Virus record (IMG/VR): IMGVR_UViG_3300039216_000106 | Span: 1-64,000 of that record | From: a virus | Strand: one strand, 5' to 3' | DNA length: 64,000 nucleotides | Shown here: one piece after another, positions 35,260-44,325 of the stretch | How positions within the stretch are numbered: the stretch's first letter is position 1 | Layout: each line of letters starts with the position of its first letter | Program-made: the position numbers and the translations under genes | Notes under the pieces: model-generated | Database searches by the model: none | The model's input: only the letters and a program-made list of their open reading frames with translations | Told to the model about the DNA's origin: nothing

Positions 35260-35907
35260 CTATGCGGTCTTAGCCGCTTCGATGTGATCGAGCGCCGCGC
35301 GCCCGATGTATTCCGAGTATGCGGGTGGGACTGCTTCCCGAAATTTGTCGCGAGGCATCCAGTCAATTCCCATCGCTTCACGCGCCTGATCGACGCCGGA
35401 GAAATTTCCGACAACATGCATAAAATCCCCAGGCTGCGGGCGGCGCCCCATCTTGCGGACTGGAGCGATATGCGGCGGGTGGGCGGGTTGGTCGATCGGG
35501 AACGAGCATTCGAAAATGCGATGGCGATACGTCTTTAGGCCAAACATCGCGCCGCAAAGTTCAAGCGGGTTAATGAGTGGCGCACCCGGCACATTTTCAA
35601 TTACGTGGGGAATATGCGGAAACCATAACAGGCGGCTGCGCAATTCCTCAATCAAGTCTGGATGTTCGCGACCACGAATGCGCTGTGCGTTGGTGTATGC
35701 CTGACACGGAGGGCTCGCCCAGATAAAATCAAACCCTTGCGGGTCGAAGTCCATGGCGTTGCCTAGTTGAAATTGAAACGGGTAGTGCGGCTGAGGTTCG
35801 ATGTCGATCCCAACGACTTGGAAGCCAGCGCGGAATAGGCCCATCGCAGAGCCACCAGCACAGCAAAAAAGATCAAGCGCGCGAGGTTTCACCAAATCGC
35901 TCCTCAT
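35260..35907 (-). CDS. DNA (cytosine-5) methyltransferase, compact
   Basis: Motif I DLFCCAGG, motif IV ASPPCQAYT and motif VI VIENV, in only 215 aa. Confidence 0.8.
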   Translation of the reverse strand: MRSDLVKPRALDLFCCAGGSAMGLFRAGFQVVGIDIEPQPHYPFQFQLGNAMDFDPQGFDFIWASPPCQAYTNAQRIRGREHPDLIEELRSRLLWFPHIPHVIENVPGAPLINPLELCGAMFGLKTYRHRIFECSFPIDQPAHPPHIAPVRKMGRRPQPGDFMHVVGNFSGVDQAREAMGIDWMPRDKFREAVPPAYSEYIGRAALDHIEAAKTA

Positions 35908-36062
35908 TTTCTCAGGTGGTGGGGAAAATAAACGACATAGCCGTGAGCCTTCAGAATCCTCCCAGCCGCCAGAAGCATTTCGTTTTCGGCGTGCTCCTTG
36001 ACGTAGGCATCGCTCGCCCGCAAGTCGGCCGCCGCCAGAATCTCGTCTCGTATGTCACGCAT
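35904..36062 (-). CDS. possible small protein
   Basis: 52 aa from the ATG at 36062. The longer version to 36149 would overlap the upstream gene. Confidence 0.3.
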   Translation of the reverse strand: MRDIRDEILAAADLRASDAYVKEHAENEMLLAAGRILKAHGYVVYFPHHLRK

Positions 36063-36093
36063 CTTTCCGAATGACGGCACGGAGGCGCCTTTC

Positions 36094-36285
36094 TTAGTGA
36101 GTGTTGAGATAACGCAAACCCTTGGGCGCAAGAGACATAAGTCCGTCACGCCCTTGGTCTGATATGTAGCCGTGCTTGCATAGAAAATCGCAAGCTGTAA
36201 GGTCTCGCGCCGACTTAAAGCGAGTTGCGCCGTGGTCGTTCAAGATACTCAGGACTAAATCCTGGTCGTCGGTCAGTTGTGCCAT
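36094..36285 (-). CDS. hypothetical protein
   Basis: 63-aa ORF with a possible winged-helix feel; there is no motif proof. Confidence 0.4.
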   Translation of the reverse strand: MAQLTDDQDLVLSILNDHGATRFKSARDLTACDFLCKHGYISDQGRDGLMSLAPKGLRYLNTH

Positions 36286-36301
36286 CTCTTCGGTTCCTCA
36301 G

Positions 36302-36469
36302 TTAAACGCCTGCCATCTTGAACAGCTTGGCCTTGGCGATGAAATAACTGGTTCCGGCTTTTTGCAACCGCGGCTGGGTATCAGCCTCGATTGCTCGGTG
36401 ATACTCGACGTGGGCGCGCTTGAGGACTTTGATTGCCTTCAGGAGTTCGGCTTTTGTTGTGACCTTCAT
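36302..36469 (-). CDS. hypothetical protein
   Basis: 55 aa from the ATG at 36469. Confidence 0.35.
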   Translation of the reverse strand: MKVTTKAELLKAIKVLKRAHVEYHRAIEADTQPRLQKAGTSYFIAKAKLFKMAGV

Positions 36470-36482
36470 CGGCCTGTGCTCC

Positions 36483-36635
36483 CTATCTGCCCAGCGCTTC
36501 GTTGCGCATGGCCTGAATTTCAATGAAGCGGTCCCACATGGCCTGCGAGATCGTCAGCGTGCCGTTCTTCCACGCGGCATTGTATTCAATCAAGTCCGCC
36601 TCCCAGCGCTCATAAGCTTCAAGCGTTGCTCGCAT
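36483..36635 (-). CDS. hypothetical protein (or 3' part of a frameshifted gene)
   Basis: The frame encodes MRATLEAYERWEADLIEYNAAWKNGTLTISQAMWDRFIEIQAMRNEALGR. There is no SD, and it overlaps the 36590-36778 ORF. Confidence 0.3.
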   Translation of the reverse strand: MRATLEAYERWEADLIEYNAAWKNGTLTISQAMWDRFIEIQAMRNEALGR

Positions 36636-36778
36636 CTTGCCGTTTTCGGCTTCTGCTCTGGCGGCTTCACGTACTGGCATACCGGCCGCCGCTCGACCAC
36701 GCCGCCATGAGACCAGATTTGATGATAGGCGTCCTTCATCGTCGGCGACAGATCGTTGGTAGGCAACGCTTTGAGCAT
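36590..36778 (-). CDS. hypothetical protein (or 5' part of a frameshifted gene)
   Basis: The ATG at 36778 is preceded by GGGGAG. GC3 is high until about 36640, where coding potential appears to switch frame. Confidence 0.4.
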   Translation of the reverse strand: MLKALPTNDLSPTMKDAYHQIWSHGGVVERRPVCQYVKPPEQKPKTARCEQRLKLMSAGRRT

Positions 36779-36789
36779 CACGGTCTCCC

Positions 36790-37356
36790 CTACTGCTTGC
36801 ACTTCGGGCCACTGCGCCGAAGTTTTATGTGAATTTTGCCTTGTTTCGCCAGCCGCGTCACGAGCGACGGATACCACTTCCGTTTGAACTTTTTGCCGTC
36901 CGCATTCCGCGCGTTATTGATGACATGGTAAGCGATGGGCAACGTCGGATATGTCTCGTGGTCGTTCAGGATTTTCTCAGCCATCTCGACGGGCAATCGT
37001 TCGTTCGATTTGGATTTGGTAACGGGCGATGCTTTTGCCCCAAGCGCTCCAAGCCGCTTCGCCTCGGCAGTCGTCATGCCGTTGCGGGCGTAGAACGTAC
37101 GGGCTTCATCCACCATGTCGGCCAAGTCATCTGGGTTGTCGCTGCGTCGGTCAGTGTCAATTTCCAGAACAACCACACAGAACGCCTTGAGCCGATCACG
37201 TACCGCCTTCAAGTCCTCTGCGTTGCTTGCCAGCCGGTGATAATATGGCACACCCACAACATCACGTGGGCGCATTTGGCTGATCCACTCGTTGATGTTC
37301 TCGTAGGGAATAACCTTGCCGTCGAACTTCTCAGCGACAGATTGTTGCCGCGTCAT
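36790..37356 (-). CDS. hypothetical protein with weak resolvase-core-like segment, no catalytic Ser region
   Basis: The ORF opens at 37536, but the first ~60 codons are AT-rich with low GC3, so the ATG at 37356 is preferred. RPRDVVGVPYYHRLASNAEDLKAVRDRLKAFCVVVLEID loosely recalls resolvases. Confidence 0.45.
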   Translation of the reverse strand: MTRQQSVAEKFDGKVIPYENINEWISQMRPRDVVGVPYYHRLASNAEDLKAVRDRLKAFCVVVLEIDTDRRSDNPDDLADMVDEARTFYARNGMTTAEAKRLGALGAKASPVTKSKSNERLPVEMAEKILNDHETYPTLPIAYHVINNARNADGKKFKRKWYPSLVTRLAKQGKIHIKLRRSGPKCKQ

Positions 37357-37614
37357 GGGGCAGCGAGGTTCTGGCCGAAAGTAGGTTCTGATAGTCTTTT
37401 GCACTTGAAATCCTAACCGATGAACAAAGTTCAAATACGCTGTTGCAAATTCAAAGTCAAGCGCGTACATAGGCTGACCAGCTTGTTGTGGCTGTTGGCA
37501 GCTCATTGGCGGCTTTAGTAATCGTGGGCGCGGCATTTATCGGCGTGAGTTACGCTATCACGTTTTTGGGTTGGTCCTTCGGGATCAGCGGATAACTCAG
37601 AAGAGGCCGCAGCC
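37357..37614. promoter_or_regulatory. AT-rich divergent control region ahead of the long plus-strand operon
   Basis: Low-GC stretch with repeated TTGCA/TTGAA/TTCAA elements around 37400-37460, lying between oppositely oriented gene blocks. Confidence 0.3.
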
Positions 37615-37848
37615 TTGGAACACCTAACGCAGCCGCAGAAAAAAGCCCTTGCGTGGTTGTCAGCCGGTAACTGGGAAACCTCTTTTTGGGGTGGCAAGCC
37701 GTGCGGCGGATGGCCAGATCAGATGCGTTTGAGGACGTTTAATGCGCTCCGCGCGGCGGGGTTAATCCGAGCGCAGCGTGTCGGATGGTCCGGCACCGTT
37801 GTGTCAATAACCAAAGTCGGGCGCGCTGCGCTCACTTCCAGCATATGA
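37615..37848 (+). CDS. hypothetical protein
   Basis: 77-aa ORF with a non-ATG start in the track. First ORF of the rightward block. Confidence 0.4.
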   Translation: MEHLTQPQKKALAWLSAGNWETSFWGGKPCGGWPDQMRLRTFNALRAAGLIRAQRVGWSGTVVSITKVGRAALTSSI

Positions 37849-37855
37849 GGCCACA

Positions 37856-38023
37856 ATGGAGACCGCACTCCTCGCGCTCTACATCGTCGGTGTTATCGCG
37901 TTCGCGCTGATCGCAAACCGGCACTCACGGTCGCCTCTGGCGATCATCACCATAGCGGCGGCTTGGCCTGCGGCGGTGATTTTGTTTGCGATAGAGGTTG
38001 TAACGCGGCGAAAGCTGGTGTAA
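37856..38023 (+). CDS. small two-helix membrane protein
   Basis: Hand-translated as METALLALYIVGVIAFALIANRHSRSPLAIITIAAAWPAAVILFAIEVVTRRKLV (55 aa, below the ORF-track cutoff). Confidence 0.35.
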   Translation: METALLALYIVGVIAFALIANRHSRSPLAIITIAAAWPAAVILFAIEVVTRRKLV

Positions 38024-38120
38024 CGTGAGAATTGCCGTGGGCCGATGCGGCGCGCGCGTAGTAATTATTGATGGCATCCAAACATGCGCAGTTTGGCGCT
38101 TAGTCTGATAGGACACTCTG

Positions 38121-38594
38121 ATGCCCATCCCTCCCACCTGTCGCAAATGTGGTCACCACCACTGGTCCAACATGCCATGCAAACGAGATTCGGCGCCGGC
38201 CAAAGCCGAGGCGCCATCGAAAGTGTCGGGGGAAACTCCGGGCAGGCCAGCGGTGCGGTCAGCCCCCAAATCCGCGAGGAAGAGGATGACAAAGAGGCCA
38301 GATGCCAAACCCGCCCCTGACCCGGATCGTGCATCCGGACATTTGCCGGGCCAATCCGACCGAGCACCGCAACAAACCACCAACAAGACGGCCCAGCAGA
38401 TCATAGCGGAGGGCATGGCGCGGGCCAAGGATGCCCCTGTCGAGCCCAGCTCGACACCCCGCAGCGGCCGCCCGCTGGCCGTCAATCCCGACCCCATCGA
38501 CCCGACCGAAATCCGCAAGGCCCATATCCGCGAACTAACGCTCAAGCGGGTCAGGCGCTTTCGTGAGCGGCAGGCCGCCAGGGCGTCGAAATAG
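38121..38594 (+). CDS. hypothetical, largely disordered basic protein with N-terminal CxxC..H
   Basis: 157-aa ORF. It is Pro/Ala/Lys-rich and has an Arg-rich helical C-terminus. Confidence 0.45.
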   Translation: MPIPPTCRKCGHHHWSNMPCKRDSAPAKAEAPSKVSGETPGRPAVRSAPKSARKRMTKRPDAKPAPDPDRASGHLPGQSDRAPQQTTNKTAQQIIAEGMARAKDAPVEPSSTPRSGRPLAVNPDPIDPTEIRKAHIRELTLKRVRRFRERQAARASK

Positions 38595-38604
38595 AGGGGT
38601 TATC

Positions 38605-38724
38605 ATGCCAGCATGGGAATATTGGTTGGGAACTTTTCTTCTGGCATGTGGTATTGTCTTAATTCCGATGGCGCCAGTCCTGATAGGTATTTTCTGTGGT
38701 TGGTTGTTCGATAGGCACCGCTGA
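38605..38724 (+). CDS. possible 39-aa membrane peptide
   Basis: MPAWEYWLGTFLLACGIVLIPMAPVLIGIFCGWLFDRHR, preceded by GAGGGG. Confidence 0.35.
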   Translation: MPAWEYWLGTFLLACGIVLIPMAPVLIGIFCGWLFDRHR

Positions 38725-38731
38725 GGACCAT

Positions 38732-39061
38732 ATGCGATCAATCCCCACCATTCTATTCCTCGCTATGTTCGCCATTGGTCCGGCCATGGCCTGGGACGCC
38801 TACGGCACGCTGCGGCTCAAGGCTGACACCACGGTCTGCTTCCGCACCCCGACCGAGGTTCAGACCGCGGCCGGATCGGTTGAACTCGGCAAGGATCAAT
38901 GCCTGACGGTGCGCGCCGATGCGCCGCCGCAACCGGTAACCACTGGATTTTCCGATGAATTTCTGGCGTCAATCGGGTTCCACCGCTGCGGCGACGGTCC
39001 CAGCGGCAATCTCTACTGCTACGCGCCGCCGGCCGCGCCCCGCCCAAAAGAAAAACCGTAA
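38732..39061 (+). CDS. secreted protein
   Basis: MRSIPTILFLAMFAIGPAMAWD signal peptide. The ATG at 38732 is preceded by GAGGA. 109 aa. Confidence 0.45.
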   Translation: MRSIPTILFLAMFAIGPAMAWDAYGTLRLKADTTVCFRTPTEVQTAAGSVELGKDQCLTVRADAPPQPVTTGFSDEFLASIGFHRCGDGPSGNLYCYAPPAAPRPKEKP

Positions 39062-39543
39062 TGTCGGTTTGGACCCAGGAACTCTGCGACGAAGCCAAGC
39101 GAATCTATGTCGTTGACGGTTATTCCGCGAGTGTCACGGCCAGGATCATCAACACAGCTCACGGCACCACTTTCAGCCGCAACGCTGTGATTGGGAAACT
39201 TGCGCGGCTCGGCATTCTCGGCACAATACCGGAAAGGTCCCGCACTTTCAACCGTTTGCACCGTCCAAAGCAGGTTAAAGACCGCCCGACCCAGCGCATC
39301 ACCTACAGCCCATCCGAGTTACGCGGCGTTACCGATCTTGAGCCCACCGGCCCTGTCCGGGATTTTCCGCCGCGCGGTGGTTGTCAGTTCATGACCGGCG
39401 AGCCCGGAGAACCTGACTGGCGCATGTGCGGCCGCCCCGGCTATCCATGGTGTCCAGAGCACCGTAAGATCGTCTTTCAGCCGCAGTCGAAACAGGCCAG
39501 TGTCAGTGCCGACCCTGCGCCGGCACAATCGGAAGCGGCGTAA
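39061..39543 (+). CDS. gcrA: GcrA-family cell-cycle regulator homologue
   Basis: N-terminal W..E....A..........SA...A..IN....TFSRNAVIGKLARLGI and the C-terminal CQFMTGEPGEPDWRMCGRPGYPWCPEHRK match GcrA architecture. Confidence 0.75.
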   Translation: MSVWTQELCDEAKRIYVVDGYSASVTARIINTAHGTTFSRNAVIGKLARLGILGTIPERSRTFNRLHRPKQVKDRPTQRITYSPSELRGVTDLEPTGPVRDFPPRGGCQFMTGEPGEPDWRMCGRPGYPWCPEHRKIVFQPQSKQASVSADPAPAQSEAA

Positions 39544-39553
39544 CGGGCACCAC

Positions 39554-40186
39554 ATGTCAGTCGCCACCGTTCACAAACGCCCAAGGCCGCCGGAATTTGA
39601 GCCCGGCACCGTTCCGCCCGATTTTATCCCGGCGCCAGACCTCGCCAATTGGGCTATGGCCTCGTTCGTGGTGGACGGCGCCCCACTCGAAAACCCAGAT
39701 CACCAGCACCTGAGAGACGCCATCATCGGTTGCCTTTGGGCGACTATTCCAAACAGCCGGCATATGGTCCAGGTCGTTGGTCAGGCCGAACGATCGCAAT
39801 TTCAAGGCGGCAAGTGGATCAAGGCCCGCCAAGAGCAGCAGATGCGTGACTGGTTTGGGGAGCTACCGGATTTTATCCTGACGTTCGACGCCGGTTATGC
39901 CTCGGTTTGCGACGACGGCAGCTTCTGCGCGCTGGTCGAACACGAATTGGCACATTGCGGCCAAGCGCTTGACAAATTTGGAGGCCCAAAGTTTACCCGT
40001 GACGGACAGCCCGTATATGTTCTAAAAGGGCACGATGTGGAAGAGTTTGTCTGCATCGTCCGTCGTTACGGTGCTGGCCGCGGCGCTGGAAAGACGCTAG
40101 ACCTTGTCCAAGCCGCCATGCAGAGACCAAGCGTTACAGCGGCAGCAATCACCGGAGCGTGCGGAACCTGCCGGACGAAATTCTAA
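39554..40186 (+). CDS. putative phage metallopeptidase-like protein (HExxH)
   Basis: 210 aa from the ATG at 39554. LVEHELAHC motif, upstream of the terminase genes. Confidence 0.5.
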   Translation: MSVATVHKRPRPPEFEPGTVPPDFIPAPDLANWAMASFVVDGAPLENPDHQHLRDAIIGCLWATIPNSRHMVQVVGQAERSQFQGGKWIKARQEQQMRDWFGELPDFILTFDAGYASVCDDGSFCALVEHELAHCGQALDKFGGPKFTRDGQPVYVLKGHDVEEFVCIVRRYGAGRGAGKTLDLVQAAMQRPSVTAAAITGACGTCRTKF

Positions 40187-40206
40187 GAAAATCAGAGGAA
40201 ATCAAT

Positions 40207-40578
40207 ATGCGAGGCGGCAAACGAACGGGCGCCGGACGAAAAAAGGGAGCAATTACAGCGGCTACGCGGCGCCGGAAGGAAATCATAGAAGAGGCGACAA
40301 ATGCCGGGATTACCCCCCTTGAGCTGTCGTTACGGCTGATGCGGGCGCTTTGGGCTAAGGCGATCAACCCCAAGGGTGAAATAATCAACGACGGCAAGGC
40401 GATGCAGGCGCACATTATCGCGAAAGACGTGGCGCCATTCGTACATCCGAAGCTGGCCACGATTGAAATGGGCGGCAAAGGTGGGGGCGCGATTGAAATG
40501 CACCACCAAGTCATCACCGCCGAGATGACGGCGAAGGAGGCGGCCGAAGCATATGCAGCCTCCTTGCACAAGAAGTAA
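40207..40578 (+). CDS. terS: terminase small subunit candidate
   Basis: MRGGKRTGAGRKKG basic N-terminus with GAGGAA upstream. It lies immediately upstream of, and overlaps, the large terminase gene. Confidence 0.5.
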   Translation: MRGGKRTGAGRKKGAITAATRRRKEIIEEATNAGITPLELSLRLMRALWAKAINPKGEIINDGKAMQAHIIAKDVAPFVHPKLATIEMGGKGGGAIEMHHQVITAEMTAKEAAEAYAASLHKK

Positions 40579-42304
40579 GGAAAACTGGCCGCCGGATTAC
40601 GTTGCGGTCTACGCTTGGCGGCAGCAACAGGTATTGCACCTGCGCGCCCACCCAGAGCTTATCGCGGGCGCGAAAGAATATTACCGAACGCGGCCGGCCG
40701 AATTCATCAACCACTGGTGCGACACCTACGACCCGCGCGCCGCAGGGTCAGATGTTCCGACGCGGGTGCCGTTTATCCTGTTCCCGCGCCAGGACGATCT
40801 AGTCGAATTTCTCTATGCCTGCCTCCGTGGCGAGGCGTCGGGGCTGATCGAGAAGTGCCGCGACATGGGCGCGACGTGGGATTGCTGCGGCTTCTCGGTG
40901 TGGCTGTGGCTGTTTTGGGAGGGCGCCGCGGTTGGCTGGGGAAGCCGCAAGGAAGAGCTGGTCGATAAGCTTGGCGACCCGAAGTCGATTTTCGACAAAA
41001 TCCGCACGCTGGTGTTCAACCTGCCGGACTTTTTTCTGCCGAAGGGGTTCAACCCGCGAATTCATAGTGGGTTCATGAAGCTGATCAACCCGGAAAATGG
41101 GGCGACGATCACGGGCGAGGCGGGCGACAATATCGGACGTGGTGGGCGCACGCTCTGTACCTTCAAAGATGAGTCTGCACATTACGAGCATCCCGAAGCG
41201 ATTGAGGCGGCGCTGTCCGAAAACACCCGCGTTCAGATTGATCTTTCATCGGTTAACGGCGTCGGTAACGTGTTCCACCGGCGCCGGGAAAATGGCGTCG
41301 AGTGGGTACGTGGCGCGCCGGTGGTTAAGGATCGGGCCAACGTGTTCGTGATGGACTGGCGCGACCACCCGACCAAGACGAAAGAGTGGTACGACACCCG
41401 CAAATCCAAATTCGAGAGCGAGGGGCTGGGCCACATTTTCGCCCAAGAGGTGGACCGGAACTACGCTGCAGCCGTCGCCGGCATCATCATCAAATCGGAC
41501 TGGGTCAAGGCCGCGATCGACGCGCATATCACGCTCGGTATTCCGGAAACCGGGGCATGGGGTGCCGCGCTGGACGTGGCCGATGACGTCGAGGGCGGTG
41601 GTAACGACCGTAACGCGCTGATCAAGCGCCGCGGTATTGTGCTCAAAGCCGCCGACGAATGGGGCGAGATGGACACCGGCAAGACGGCCAGGCGCGCCGC
41701 CTCGTTTTGCGATGGGCATGGCCAGATCGCGGTCCAGTACGATTGCATCGGGGTAGGCGCCGGGGTCAAGGCTGAGGTCAACCGGCTGATCGAAGACAAG
41801 TTGATGCCGCCGTACATCCGGTTTATCCCTTGGAACGCCGCGGCCAGCCCGCAACACCCCAAGCTGCGCGTGATCAAGCAGGAAGACGACAGCGAGGACA
41901 AGGATAGCCCGACCAACGAGGATTTTTACGCCAACCTGAAGGCGCAGGGCTGGTGGGAGCTGCGGTTCCGGTTCTACCGCACCTATCAGGCGGTGATGGC
42001 CGGCGCCCGCTACGACCCGCGCCGCAACCGCGTGATCGGCCCGCGCATCAATTTCGACCCGAACGACCTAATTTCGATCGACGGCACAATCCCGGTGATA
42101 CGCCAGATCGAAAAGGAACTCAGCCAGCCCACGGCCGGGCAGTCCACCAAGATGAAATTGCTGGTCAACAAGGCGCCGGACGGCACCAGATCGCCGAACC
42201 TGGGCGACGCGATCATGATGGCGTATTTCCCGATCGATATTGCAATCCCAGACTGGCTTAAGCCCAAAGGCCCCCCTCCCGTGGTGTCGATATATGGGAG
42301 GTGA
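40553..42304 (+). CDS. terL: terminase large subunit
   Basis: 583 aa. FINHWCDTYDPR...VPFILFPRQDDLVEFL...IEKCRDMGATW ATPase region and a C-terminal nuclease-sized domain. Confidence 0.8.
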   Translation: MQPPCTRSKENWPPDYVAVYAWRQQQVLHLRAHPELIAGAKEYYRTRPAEFINHWCDTYDPRAAGSDVPTRVPFILFPRQDDLVEFLYACLRGEASGLIEKCRDMGATWDCCGFSVWLWLFWEGAAVGWGSRKEELVDKLGDPKSIFDKIRTLVFNLPDFFLPKGFNPRIHSGFMKLINPENGATITGEAGDNIGRGGRTLCTFKDESAHYEHPEAIEAALSENTRVQIDLSSVNGVGNVFHRRRENGVEWVRGAPVVKDRANVFVMDWRDHPTKTKEWYDTRKSKFESEGLGHIFAQEVDRNYAAAVAGIIIKSDWVKAAIDAHITLGIPETGAWGAALDVADDVEGGGNDRNALIKRRGIVLKAADEWGEMDTGKTARRAASFCDGHGQIAVQYDCIGVGAGVKAEVNRLIEDKLMPPYIRFIPWNAAASPQHPKLRVIKQEDDSEDKDSPTNEDFYANLKAQGWWELRFRFYRTYQAVMAGARYDPRRNRVIGPRINFDPNDLISIDGTIPVIRQIEKELSQPTAGQSTKMKLLVNKAPDGTRSPNLGDAIMMAYFPIDIAIPDWLKPKGPPPVVSIYGR

Positions 42305-42396
42305 CTTGTAACGCAATTTAATGTTTCAGACATGTAATCAGTCTTGCGTTACCGGCCCGGCGGGCCTAGTCTCTTGTCATCAAACGGGAGACGGCT

Positions 42397-42582
42397 ATGG
42401 CCATGAAAATCGACATCACGTTGGAAACCACGGACGATTGGACGGTCTTTTCCGAAGCCAACAGTGACGCTCTTCTTGAGATTTACCCCAACCTCGACGC
42501 GGCCATGAAAGCGGCCTGCGACGGCGGTATTCAGATGGGCGGTGGCGCGGCGCCGGAGTTTTTCATCCACTTCGCAGGCTGA
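42397..42582 (+). CDS. hypothetical protein
   Basis: 61-aa ORF, first of the accessory island. Confidence 0.4.
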   Translation: MAMKIDITLETTDDWTVFSEANSDALLEIYPNLDAAMKAACDGGIQMGGGAAPEFFIHFAG

Positions 42583-42584
42583 TC

Positions 42585-42770
42585 ATGGACCGCAAGCAAA
42601 TCGACCAATGGCTTAATCCGCACGTTCTGAACGTATGCCTTGCGGCTCACAGTCGCGAAGAAAACGACCTAAGCCTTGCGATTGAAATGCTGTACCAGCG
42701 GGTAGAATTGCTCGTTAGGCAGGCAGTCCGCGAAGCCCCCACCAACCAAACAAAACGAGGGCAGCCGTGA
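42585..42770 (+). CDS. hypothetical protein
   Basis: 61-aa ORF lying 2 nt after the previous stop. Confidence 0.4.
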   Translation: MDRKQIDQWLNPHVLNVCLAAHSREENDLSLAIEMLYQRVELLVRQAVREAPTNQTKRGQP

Positions 42771-42997
42771 TGGGCATTGACCCGGACGAGAAATCCGCAT
42801 TCAAGGCTTATGTCATAGATCGCGCCCGTGATCCTGGTGAGACGCCAAATGCGCGCCAGCGGGCAATGATGGCCTGCCTCGTAATCCCGGCGCCGATCCA
42901 GAAGTGGATGATCGAAGCAGGCGCAATAGAGCCGCTTCTTGATTCCATCGAAAAAACCATAATCGCGGCGGAAAAGTACGCTCGCGAGAATAGATAG
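42767..42997 (+). CDS. hypothetical protein
   Basis: 76-aa ORF with an ATGA overlap. Confidence 0.4.
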   Translation: MMGIDPDEKSAFKAYVIDRARDPGETPNARQRAMMACLVIPAPIQKWMIEAGAIEPLLDSIEKTIIAAEKYARENR

Positions 42998-43011
42998 GGA
43001 CGGGCTTAGAC

Positions 43012-43170
43012 ATGCCTGTTTACGATTGCGGAGACCCAGAATGTACCGAATGCCAAAAAGCGTTCGGGCCTAATCGCTCCAAAGCTATCGCCAATTTCAA
43101 GGCGCGGGAACGTGAGTACGATCGGATAGCGCGCGAAAATCGGGAACTCGCCAACAATGACGCCCGCTGA
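43012..43170 (+). CDS. possible 52-aa Cys-containing protein
   Basis: Hand-translated as MPVYDCGDPECTECQKAFGPNRSKAIANFKARERE.... Its end overlaps the next start. Confidence 0.35.
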   Translation: MPVYDCGDPECTECQKAFGPNRSKAIANFKAREREYDRIARENRELANNDAR

Positions 43171-43369
43171 CTTCAAATCCGGCCGGAATGCGCTTGGCCT
43201 GTCCATTGCCGAACTGGCCGTGGCCCTCGATACTGACCCGCGCACCATCCGCAAATGGGAGGCTCTGCACGGTAACAGCGCGCGGCCACCGAACCCGATT
43301 GCGTGCCGGGTGCTCGGTTGGATGCTGGCCGGTTTTCGGCCGCCTGAATGGCCGGAAGGCAAGCGGTGA
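43157..43369 (+). CDS. HTH (XRE/antitoxin-like) protein
   Basis: FKSGRNALGLSIAELAVALDTDPRTIRKWEA. Confidence 0.5.
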   Translation: MTPADFKSGRNALGLSIAELAVALDTDPRTIRKWEALHGNSARPPNPIACRVLGWMLAGFRPPEWPEGKR

Positions 43370-43496
43370 TCAACATTACCGCCGCATTAAATCGCGTTAC
43401 ATAGCGGCGAGATCGCTTGCCGGAATTACGGACGTGCGTTACAAGACTGCATACCGCTTGAAACGGTTCCGGGCGAGAGGTCAAGAGGGCCAGAAG

Positions 43497-43796
43497 ATGT
43501 CGAAGAAATCCACAGTCACCACCGAGACCATCCAGTGCGTCCGTGAAATTCCGGGCGAGTACGTTCACGCTGGCACGGTCTACAAGGTCACGCGGAACGA
43601 ATCCAATCGTGGCATGAAGGCCACCGCGTATTTCCACAACATCCTGCGTGGCAGCGGAACGTCGATGCCGGAATGGCAGGTTCGCCGCGCCATCGCAAAC
43701 GGGTCGCTGAAGGTTTTCACCGCGGCTGATCCGGCAGTGCTGGTTGGCATGGTCGAAGACGGCATGGCGCTCTACGCAAACGTGGCGCTGGGGTAA
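43497..43796 (+). CDS. hypothetical protein
   Basis: 99 aa from the ATG at 43497. The upstream part of the tracked ORF is non-coding-like and holds two GCGTTACA boxes. Confidence 0.4.
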   Translation: MSKKSTVTTETIQCVREIPGEYVHAGTVYKVTRNESNRGMKATAYFHNILRGSGTSMPEWQVRRAIANGSLKVFTAADPAVLVGMVEDGMALYANVALG

Positions 43797-43800
43797 GACG

Positions 43801-43992
43801 ATGACGGCGTTTCGTGGCAAGGCGGCCAGAGAAGCAAGGTGGCTAAAGCGGGCGGAATACATCCACCGCATATCGCTTTCGCTTGCGGAAGAAATTGAGC
43901 GCGCTACAGGAGAACGCTCGATAGAAACTTCTCTCGCCTATGGGATCAATCTCGACGCGCGCCATTTGATAACGACGCTCGGCGGAAAATAA
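43801..43992 (+). CDS. hypothetical protein
   Basis: 63 aa from the ATG at 43801. Confidence 0.35.
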   Translation: MTAFRGKAAREARWLKRAEYIHRISLSLAEEIERATGERSIETSLAYGINLDARHLITTLGGK

Positions 43993-44004
43993 GGAGACAC
44001 CAAT

Positions 44005-44229
44005 ATGTCGAAATCAGTCAAACCCGCAATGTACACTTACAACGGCCACAAAATCACCGTGCGCGGCACGGAAGATTTGCCGGAGGTTGCGGTATTCGAT
44101 GCGCGCTTTCCAAAAAATGATGCGCTCTACAAAACTACGTCGCTTGATTTGGCGATGCGGTGGGTCAATGCTTATCTGGCTGGCGAGCAGTGGGCCGTTT
44201 CCGAAAAGCTCGAACCTGCGACCGCCTGA
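44005..44229 (+). CDS. hypothetical protein
   Basis: 74-aa ORF. Confidence 0.4.
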   Translation: MSKSVKPAMYTYNGHKITVRGTEDLPEVAVFDARFPKNDALYKTTSLDLAMRWVNAYLAGEQWAVSEKLEPATA

Positions 44230-44325
44230 CCCTGCAGTCTGAGGGCGAGTAGCGCCGCCTTCTAATGTGTGATCAGATTGTACGGCGCGCCTCAGCCACA
44301 GATAGGGGCAGGAAAGACCAAAGAC

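Noticed and set aside
36790-37536. Serine recombinase or integrase call for the 248-aa ORF
   Set aside because: Only a loose similarity to the resolvase core (DRL..R-like segment) exists. There is no catalytic Ser region or clear C-terminal HTH, and the N-terminal 60 codons look non-coding. It is kept as hypothetical.
42301-42396. CtrA box (TTAA-N7-TTAAC) in the terminase-downstream gap and other promoter regions
   Set aside because: TTTAAT and TAAT fragments are present, but I found no correctly spaced TTAA-N7-TTAA(C) by eye.
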